This document shows positions 54,890 through 64,000 of a stretch of DNA of 64,000 bases, one piece after another. Position 1 is the first letter of the stretch, and each line of letters opens with the position of its first letter. The position numbers and the translations under genes are program-made. This stretch comes from Octopus sinensis (Eukaryota): NCBI RefSeq assembly GCF_006345805.1, contig NC_042999.1, positions 11,966,001 through 12,030,000 of the forward strand. Direction: 5' to 3'. Under the pieces are notes generated by a model that did not search any database, was not told where the DNA came from, and saw nothing but the letters and a program-made list of their open reading frames with translations.

Positions 54890-55340
54890 TGCACCAGCAT
54901 GACCTCAGCCCTGGGCTGAAACTAGTGAAAGTAGAAATAGCATATATATATATATATAGAATAAGAATAGCCTGGGTAAAGTTGAGAGAGCTCCTACCTC
55001 TGCTGGTAATAAAGGGCCTCTCACTCAGAGAGCCATGCTACAAGGTGAACAGCCGCAGTGAAACATGATCTGTGGCTGCTGAGGAGATGCGTAGGCTTGA
55101 AAGAAATGAAGCTAGGATGTTCCACTGGATGTGTAATGCCAGTGTGCATACACAACACAGTGTAAGTGCCCTGAGAGAAAAGTTGGACATAATAGGTATC
55201 AGATGTGGTGTGCAAGAGAGAGGACTGCGCTGGTATGGTCGTGTGTTACGTATGGATGAGGACAGCTGTGTGAAGAAGTATCACACCCTAACAGTGGAGG
55301 GAACCTGCGGAAGAGGTAGACATAGGAAGATCTGGGACTG
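54890..55340 (+). mobile_element. RTE LINE 3' coding fragment
   Basis: RIAWVKLRELLPLL..EMRRLERNEARM..LRWYGRVLRMDEDSCVKK..GRGRHRKIWD. Confidence 0.88.
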
Positions 55341-56230
55341 AAAATTACTATTGAAACCAATCTCATCACCACGGACTCCTTAGATATCATGCTTGACTTG
55401 AGCTCTGGTACATACCACAAACCAAATGAGAAGCTGACATACATCAACACAGCCTCCTGCCATCCACCCATTGTGTTAAAAAACCTGGTGAAAGGTGTGA
55501 GCAAGAGGGTCACAAACCTTTCCTCTAGCCAAGAAATTCTTGATGCAGCAGTCCCCTACTATAATGAGGCACTAGCTGCTAGCGGATTTAGGGACCACAT
55601 CTCCTATATGCCAGGCCCTAACACCCTCAGAAGGAAGCACCCAAGAAATATCATTTGGTTGGCACCCAGCTTCTCACTCAATGTAAAAATGTAGGATATT
55701 CTGTATGTAGGATATTCTTTATTCTTGTAGATAAACACTTCACACATTCAAGACACTGGCAAGGAGATACACTGCACCATTAGCCAGCAAGGTATGGTGG
55801 TGGCTGAAGGACAAAGGAATTGCACACGTAATATCATGGAGAATCTTAGAAAAGCCACGTCTCTACATAAATGGGACCAAGCACTGTAAACTATGCACAG
55901 CCAAACGGGTGAGGATATTAAAAGACTCTCTTGAGCTAGGGAACATCCTTAACTCCAGAGTGGAGTTCACACTTCAGGAAATTCCTGCTGGTATCCTGGG
56001 ACCCACATGATAACAGTCGATTACGAATAACAGCCAAAGGAGACAATCCCCTGTTGTTGACATAGAGTAATGAAGTCTTTCCTCCTCCATTTTTTTAGTG
56101 AGATCACTTGCTACAGAAGCTATGTGCCAACAGGTTTTGGGGTCTGATGATACTCTGTAAAGCTAAGCACTTTATGAATGTGAAACCTAGGGTAATCCCA
56201 TAGACCGGCCTTATCTATCTTTATATATAT
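55340..56230 (+). mobile_element. Penelope-like element 3' half (RT end, linker, endonuclease end, terminal repeat)
   Basis: KITIETNL..DIMLDLSSGTYHKPN..YINTASCHPP..SKRVTNLSS..RNIIW..FS.NVK and LASKVWWLKDKGI..SWRILEKA. Confidence 0.88.
56138..56200 (+). ncRNA. Type I hammerhead ribozyme in the Penelope 3' terminal repeat
   Basis: Helix I TGGGGT/ATCCCA; CTGATGA(56144-50); helix II containing TGTAAAG/CTTTATG; GAAA(56182-85); helix III ACC-TAG-GGT; cleavage triplet GUA. Confidence 0.75.
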
Positions 56231-56597
56231 ATAGGTATGTATGTGTGTGTGTGTGTGGTTCAGGATTTGTAAAACTGTGTATACATAAATAATGTCAATC
56301 AAATTCCAATATAGTTCTGTGGTGTAGGCTTTGAAATTCCTCTCTCCCATTTATTATATATATGTGTGGCACATAAAATACACCAATCCGACTGTGGCTG
56401 TTGCCAGCCTCACCTGGCACCTGTGCAGGTGGCACGTAAAAAGCACCCACTACACTCACGGAGTGGTTGGCGTTAGGAAGAGCATCCAGCTGTAGAAACA
56501 TTGCCAGATTAGACTGGAGCCTGGTGCAGCCTTCTGGCTTCCCAGATCCCCGGTCGAACCGTCCAACCCATGCTAGCATGGAGAACGGACGTTAAAC

Positions 56598-56628
<31 letters not shown>

Positions 56629-58865
56629 TGTATTTGAACGTAGCAGGGAACAGCTAGCCTTTGGCTGCTATTTGGATCCTGTTGTGTCCACTACTCTGAT
56701 TGGTTGGTATAGGTGCTATTTGTCTCTTACTCAATTGCGCCAACTGCCATGTATACCTAGTTGGGAGCCCTAAGTAGGATCACGTGGGACAGTTTGGTTA
56801 CTACACTGTTTTGAGCCTACAGTTCCTTATAAAACTCAGCTTTTCCTTGCTCTGGGGTCTTTTGTTCCAGACCTTTTAAGGTCTAGCCACTGACCACAAA
56901 GACACAGCCAGTTCCAGTAACAATGCCAAACAACACTACCACAGCAGCTCTGCTGAAACCTACCAACTTCATCCAACAGCATTATGACAACCTCTTCCTT
57001 TGTCGCTGCCATCGTGTTCTTAATGTCTTCCACATCATCTCTACGTACACAGCTCAGCTAGCAATTCACCCAGGTTCCAACACTTCATTGTTCATGAATT
57101 ATCACACCATGGATCAACAGAAAATATACAACCTGTATGAACTCCTGTGTCAAGAGACCCAGGCAGCAGCATCACAGCCATGACTTCACATACCTGTAAT
57201 CAGCTCAGCATCATGGCCACGACTTCTTGATACGGTATTTCAATTACTGTGGACTATTGACTACGAACTGGTATCTTTCTTGTGTCTAGGAACTTACTTC
57301 TCATTTCGATGACTATAGATTCTTTCACCGTCTCCTTCTCCATTGCCATCCTTAAATGTTCTTAATACGTGCATACGTCTATGCTTACACACACACATAC
57401 ATTTTGTTTTCATGACGGCCTGTGTGTGATTCTGTATACATGATGCACATGTTAACATATCAATAAATCTTCTCTTAATCCTTTTACGCGCTTGTATCTC
57501 TTTTTACATCTGGCAAGTAAATGGTTCTTTCAATTTTCTCTTTATTGTAAGGGCTGTGTGACGTGGTACTAAAGAGCCATTCTTGCACCACACATCGCAT
57601 GATCCTTACAGTTCGATTTTTACTTTTAATTTTTGTATTTTTACTATTTTACAATATTACAATATCTTAGCAACAGAACTAATATGCTGAAACCAAGGTG
57701 CCACGTAAAACAGCATGAGTACTGGTGCCACATAAAAAGGCAGCCTATACATTCTGTCAAGTGGTGGATGTTAGGATATGGACCCAGCTATAGAAACCAT
57801 GCCAAAGCAGACACTGGAGCATGGTGCAGCTCCTGGCCTTCTCAGCTCTTGTCAAACTGTCCAACCCATGCCAGTGTGTGTGTGTGTGTGTATGAGACAG
57901 GGCTAAAACATATAAAAGAATAGAGATAGATAAGGATATCAATAACACTTTTTTTTTGTCCAAACACCAGCCACTGGTACATTGCTCAACTGACGTATTA
58001 TTTTTTTGTAAAACAACCATAGCTTTCCTTATTTTGTTTGCTCCATCTTGTCTACACCATCATGTTTTAAATACAGTCTTTGTCCTGAGGTATACATTCC
58101 TTAGGAATTCTAACTTCCACTTACACACATCTTCTCATACCTTCTTAGTAAATGTTGACATGTGACAATTCAAAACCAAACATTAACTCTGCTAATATCC
58201 CCTAATACTCTTGTTTCTCAGAAGAGCCCCATGATGCCATTAGCCCTGCCCTTCAACCTCGAATTAGCAAAGAAAAGATCATTTATTGACTATGTGATTA
58301 GCCACCATCCGTATAGACTCACCAACTGACTTAATATAAAATTCTGTTTGAACAAATTAGACACACAGTAATCAATAAGGATATTTTGTTGTTGTTGTTT
58401 GTTTATTATACAATTAGCAAATTAACGACTAAAACTCATTCAAGAGAAACTTTTAATTGTATCAATATGTTGTAACAAATGCAGTGAGTTGCATGGCAAC
58501 TGGTGACAACAAATAATAATAATAATAAACTATCAAAAAACAGAAAACTGTTTGATAATGGAAACTACTTCACTGTTTGTGTTGAGTTAAATGAGGAAAA
58601 ACAGAACGGAAACAATTTCATATAAGATTACACTGGTAATTCCATCATAGCTTTATTATATATTGGCCTACCCCACCATAATATATATTTGTATAATAAG
58701 CATTTGTGAGAAGCAACAAACATTGCTTTCAGTCTTTTTCCTCTTGTACTTTTCAAATGAATTTATAAACAATGCATTGTTATAAAAGGGAAATTCTTAG
58801 AGAAAAGTAGATGGGCCTCCAGCCTCCACTTGTTGCTGCAACAATTTACCTTAGTCTGTAGTTAG

Positions 58866-60407
58866 ATGTGTGTGTGTGTGTGTGTGTGCGTGTGTGTGTG
58901 TTTGTGTGTGCGTGTTTAATGGCCCCGATAAAGACATTCGAGTCACACAATCTCATTTAAGATTCAGTTGAATTAATGATCCCATGTATGAATGTATGAA
59001 TGTGTGTATATATGTATGTATGTATGTATGTACGCATGTATATGTATGTGTGTATGTATGTGTGTATGCATGTATATGTATGTGTGTATCTTAATTTATA
59101 AAATTCAAATTTTACACATGCCTTGGGGTTCATGCAATGTCATGGGCCAAAAAAAAAAATTTCAGCTTCTTGCATATATATATATACATATATATACATG
59201 CGTATGTATATATACTTATTTATATATATATATAGATAGATAAGAAAGTTGAAAAGCTACACGCGAAACTGGTCTTTCTTTTAAATTATGTCATTATAAG
59301 AGAAAAAAATTTTTTTTTTTAATTTTCTAATATTCTTCAGACATATTGACGCAAATATATATATTTTTTAACATTTAAGCCTTCTGTAGTTTTTTCACTC
59401 TTTACTATTTTCTATATATATATATATATATGGTGGCACGTAAAAAGCACCCACTGCACTCACGGAGTGGTTGGTGTTAGGAAGGGCATCCAGCTGTAGA
59501 AACACTGCCAGATCAGACTGGAGCCTGGTGCAGCCTTCTGGCTTCCCAGATCCCCGGTCGAACCGTCCAACCCATGCTAGCATGGAGAACGGACGTTAAA
59601 CGATGATGATGATGATGATACGTGTGTATGTGTGTGTGTGTGTGTGTTGTGTGTGTGTGTGTGTGTGTGTTTGTGTGTGCGTGTTTAATGGCCCCGATAA
59701 AGACATTCGAGTCACACAATCTCATTTAAGATTCAGTTGAATTAATGATCCCATGTATGAATGTATGAATGTGTGTATATATGTATGTATGTATGTATGT
59801 ACGCATGTATATGTATGTGTGTATGTATGTGTGTATGTATGTGTGTATGCATGTATATGTATGTGTGTATCTTAATTTATAAAATTCAAATTTTACACAT
59901 GCCTTGGGGTTCATGCAATGTCATGGGCCAAAAAAAAAAATTTCAGCTTCTTGCATATATATATACATATATATACATGCGTATGTATATATACTTATTT
60001 ATATATATATATAGATAGATAAGAAAGTTGAAAAGCTACACGCGAAACTGGTCTTTCTTTTAAATTATGTCATTATAAGAGAAAAAAATTTTTTTTTTTA
60101 ATTTTCTAATATTCTTCAGACATATTGACGCAAATATATATATTTTTTAACATTTAAGCCTTCTGTAGTTTTTTCACTCTTTACTATTTTCTATATATAT
60201 ATATATATATGGTGGCACGTAAAAAGCACCCACTGCACTCACGGAGTGGTTGGTGTTAGGAAGGGCATCCAGCTGTAGAAACACTGCCAGATCAGACTGG
60301 AGCCTGGTGCAGCCTTCTGGCTTCCCAGATCCCCGGTCGAACCGTCCAACCCATGCTAGCATGGAGAACGGACGTTAAACGATGATGATGATGATGATAC
60401 GTGTGTA

Positions 60408-60428
<21 letters not shown>
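58866..60428. repeat. Tandem duplication, unit about 775 bp, junctions in (GT)n
   Basis: 58866-59650 matches 59651-60428 and appears identical outside the microsatellites. Each unit contains a Helitron-like fragment and a family C copy. Confidence 0.93.
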
Positions 60429-60450
<22 letters not shown>

Positions 60451-60453
<3 letters not shown>

Positions 60454-60649
60454 CAAAATTAACAAGGATGTTCAGAGGTAATGCACTACGATTGTTTCAC
60501 GTGAACACTGCAACCATTACAGCAATTTAATGCAGAGCAATCCTCAGCTGCACAAAGACATAGAATTTAATTGAATTAGAACAGATGGACACATTAGTAT
60601 AATTTTACTTAAAATCTCCAAGAAGCTGAGGAGATAGACAAAGAACATG
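60451..60649 (-). mobile_element. Family G copy with a degenerate hammerhead (60482-60552)
   Basis: The minus strand reads tgcag-CTGAGGA-ttgc...GAAAC-aatc-GTA-gtgca. Part of helix II is deleted and the first helix I pair is broken. It is homologous to 15694-15910. Confidence 0.75.
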
Positions 60650-60799
60650 CTGCCTTCACTTCCACTTAGAAGCTACTAAATATCAGGAAGAAAGATTTCT
60701 TACAGATTTTGCTTGTCACTGTTTTATGGGGTCAGTTTTAATTTACAGACTAGTTTTATCAAATCCTTGTATATCTAAGCCTGAGAGAACAGGGGACAG

Positions 60800-61485
60800 G
60801 AAAAAAGCGTTCAGAGTGGAGTAAAAACCTACAGAATTGGTCCCTAGAGCAGTGGAGGAATGCTATTTTCTCGGAGAAGTCATCCTTCATCTTATTTCCG
60901 ACCACCGGCCAAGTATACATGTGGTGACAGCCTTAAGAAGCATTTAACCCAGACTGCCTTCTTCCAACTGTTAAACATGGAGGAGGATCTGTGATGATCT
61001 GGAGGGCTATATCTTGGAAGTCCGCCAGCCCAATGGCTTCCCTTCATGGCAGAATTAATAGTCAAGACTATTTAAGCATTTTATCTGATCAATTTCATCC
61101 TATAGTTGCGGAACTGCTTCCGGAATCTTTCAGGAAACGTAATCTTTCAGGATGATAATGCACCAATTCACACAGCTAAATTTGTCACTGAATGGCACAA
61201 AGAACATTCTAGTGAAGATGAACATCTTATCTGGCCACCACAGTCCCCAGATCTCAATATTATTGAACATTTATGGTGCATTTTAGAAAAACAAGTAAGG
61301 AGTCAATATCCTCCACTATCATCACTACAAGAACTGGAGACTGTTTTAGCTGAAAATGGACTAAAAATTCCTTTGGGAACAATTCAAACTTTAGGCTGTA
61401 ATTACTGGCAAAGGCGGTCCAACCCCATGTTAAAATAAATTTGTTTGAAATTTTAAGGTGTTTCCATTATTTTGTCCAACCCCTG
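60800..61485 (+). mobile_element. Tc1 (DD34E-type) right half with TIR
   Basis: PTVKHGGGSVMIW, IFQDDNAPIHTAK and WPPQSPDLNIIEHLW. It ends ggtgtttccattattttgtccaacccctg|TA. Confidence 0.9.
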
Positions 61486-61736
61486 TATGTATGTATGTGT
61501 GTACGTGTGTACGTATGTATGTATGTATGTGTGTATATATGTATGTATTTATGTATGTGTGTATGTATGTATGTATTTATGTATGTGTGTATGTACGTAT
61601 GTATGTGTGTATGTATGTATGTGTGTATTTCTGTATGTGTGTATGTATGTATGTATGTGTGTATGTGTGTGTGTATGTATGTATGTATGTATGTGTGTAC
61701 GTATGTATATATATATATATATATGTATATGTATGC

Positions 61737-61793
<57 letters not shown>

Positions 61794-61829
61794 CGTGTGT
61801 GTGTGTATATATGCATGTGTGTGTAGTTG

Positions 61830-62077
61830 TGTTGTGGCCGTACTCTCACCATCGCTTGACAACCGATGTTCCTGTGTTTACATCCCCGTAACTTAGCGCT
61901 TCGGCAAAAGAGACCGATAGAATAAGTACTAGGCTTACAAAGAATAAATCCTAGAGTCGATTTTTTCTACTAAAATCGGTGCTCTAACATTGCCGCAGTC
62001 ACGTGACCGAAACAATTAAAGCAACAAAAAAACTATGCCATTTTAACCCCGAGCAGCGTCAGCAGGTATCTGTACTA

Positions 62078-62078
<1 letters not shown>
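61830..62078 (+). mobile_element. SINE family B tail followed by a possible Helitron 3' end (..CTAG|T)
   Basis: accatcgcttgacaaccgatg..gaccgatagaataagtactagg, then ccccgagcagcgtc...gtaCTAGt. Confidence 0.6.
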
Positions 62079-62135
<57 letters not shown>

Positions 62136-62939
62136 ACACCGATCATGCTACTTGATGTACTGCGTGAGAGAGGCCAGAACACGTAAGTCTAACATGGTCT
62201 AGTCCAAGATAGACTTATGCTAGGACGAGGTCACTATTGTATTTTGATGTTTTCTTCCTGGTCAGGAATAAGCTCGGGGTTAAGATAGAGTTTCGAGGTT
62301 TAAAAAAAAGTAAGTGTGACCGGAAGTGATGACAGTGACATCCCCTAATGTCCTGTAAGCACTCTGCGGTGCCTCGGCAGGTGCCATTCCCAACACACGC
62401 CACTTTCTGCCAGTTCTTGCCCTACACCTCAATAACCATATTCCAGTTATCACTTGGCTCACATCTAATTGTGGCAGCCAACATACGTCGACCCAAAATG
62501 GTTGTTTAGTTCTTCTATTTGTTGCCAAATGTGGCACATAAGAGTACCTCGGCTGTTATTTCTCTAATATTTGAGATATTACTGGAAGGTACTACACACA
62601 GAGGCGGCATAATGCAATAATGTGAAGAGAATTAAGGGATTTTATTAGTTCTCTTCTTGAACTTATCGACTTCCACAGTCGTCACATCCAACCATTTCGC
62701 TATCATTTTTGACTTCGCCACTGAACTGTCAACCGATACATGAAGATGAAGTCTTTCCGTGACCTCCTCGTATGGCGCTTTTGGAACTCGAACCAAGTTG
62801 AGATTGTTTCTGTCATGAAATCCTTGCAGGTAAAAATACTTATTTTCTCCATAGATTTATTTTTTAAAATAAGGTTTCTTGAAGAAAATATTTTCCAGCG
62901 AAAATCTGCATTTACCGTTCGTTTCTCTAATTGCTTCGA

Positions 62940-63130
62940 AGGCGACAAACTGGCAGAATCTTGAGATCATCGCTTAAAATGCTTTGCACCATTTGTTTTA
63001 GTTGTTTATTTTCTGAGTTCGAAATCTACTGAGGACATATTTACCTTTTATGATTCCCCAATCAATGAAATAATATCGACTACTCCTCTCCATAAAATTG
63101 CTGGCCTTGTGCCTCAGTCGCAAACTATTA
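62940..63130 (+). mobile_element. SINE family A, diverged
   Basis: ggcgacaaactggcagaatc head and aaattgctggccttgtgcc tail. Confidence 0.7.
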
Positions 63131-63296
63131 TTGTTGCTTGGGGCCAAGTCACCCCTTTTCAAGTAGTTCGACAACCATAGATGTTCCAGCTGTGAGCCTT
63201 CCATATTTTATTCAAACTGTAAACTTAAGACTACATCAGTCAATAAATATAAATATATATATATATTGGCATATATATCAGTAGATCGCCATATAT

Positions 63297-63342
<46 letters not shown>

Positions 63343-64000
63343 ATTTCTTAAGATGGTAGAGAATGACCTGAGTGAGATTTGGCTGCTACTTTTAGCAAGT
63401 AATCAAACCCAGAATCCCGTCCCTACTCCGCTGATTTCTGTTTCTATCGTTTGTGGCCGCCATTTTTATGAATTAATTGATTTTGGGGTTTGAGTATATC
63501 GAACACCACCAACGTTACACCTGTAAAATAATTGAAAGTGCCTAAACACATCGTTCATAGATGTTCCAACTTCCCTCTAACTACATTCTCCAGTTCTTCT
63601 TCCCTTGAATTCCTTCTTCATGTCCTTCCTGCGGATGTTGGCTTACAACTGTTGGTACTTTTTGATTATCTCACCCCCATTCAAAAATTGGGTTCAACAG
63701 ATCGGATTAAAAGAGTTAGATCCTTTTTATTCAATACTTCAACATATTGTTGACTTTTGCCCCCCCCCCCTATAACAGGCATTTTATTGAATTGTTATAA
63801 AAATGTTATCAGATTCAATATGATGTTTAATTTTTTTCAGTTTTCATGTTTATTAATTTTGGTTAATGTTTACACCTTGAACCCCCCTCCCCATACTGGA
63901 ATGGGTGTAAACAAAAATGTGTAGGAAACGAATATGAAAACAAAATAAGTGCAAAGCAACGGGAGGGTGGGGAGAGGACTTCGGAAAATTCACAAAATTC

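Noticed and set aside
56630-57400. 86-aa ORF (56923-57183) downstream of the Penelope element
   Set aside because: It has no recognisable similarity to PLE or host proteins, so it is left unassigned.

Overview
This window is AT-rich, microsatellite-dense eukaryotic DNA. The repeat families and tRNA-derived SINEs look like those of an octopus (Octopus sp.); this is inferred from recognition, not from a search. I found no host protein-coding gene I can support, and most listed ORFs are microsatellite artefacts. The window is a graveyard of mobile elements: R4/Dong-like, RTE, CR1 and Penelope-like (PLE) retroelements, a Ty3/Gypsy gag-pol remnant, Tc1/mariner and hAT DNA transposons, non-autonomous Helitron-like elements and several SINE families. 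The most interesting signals are four. (1) Type I hammerhead ribozyme folds of at least three unrelated families: 15787-15873, 21966-22011 and 56138-56200, with degenerate copies at 60482-60552 and 13394-13413. All have short, palindromic or near-palindromic helix III regions of the dimerising PLE type, and one lies directly in the 3' tail of a Penelope ORF. (2) Two clusters of long fold-back inverted repeats embedded in (TA)n. (3) An A-B-A-B-A tandem of a non-coding element from the same family as two of the fold-backs. (4) A 5'-inverted RTE-type insertion. The novelty of all of these is unverified. Coordinates were counted by hand and element boundaries are approximate.
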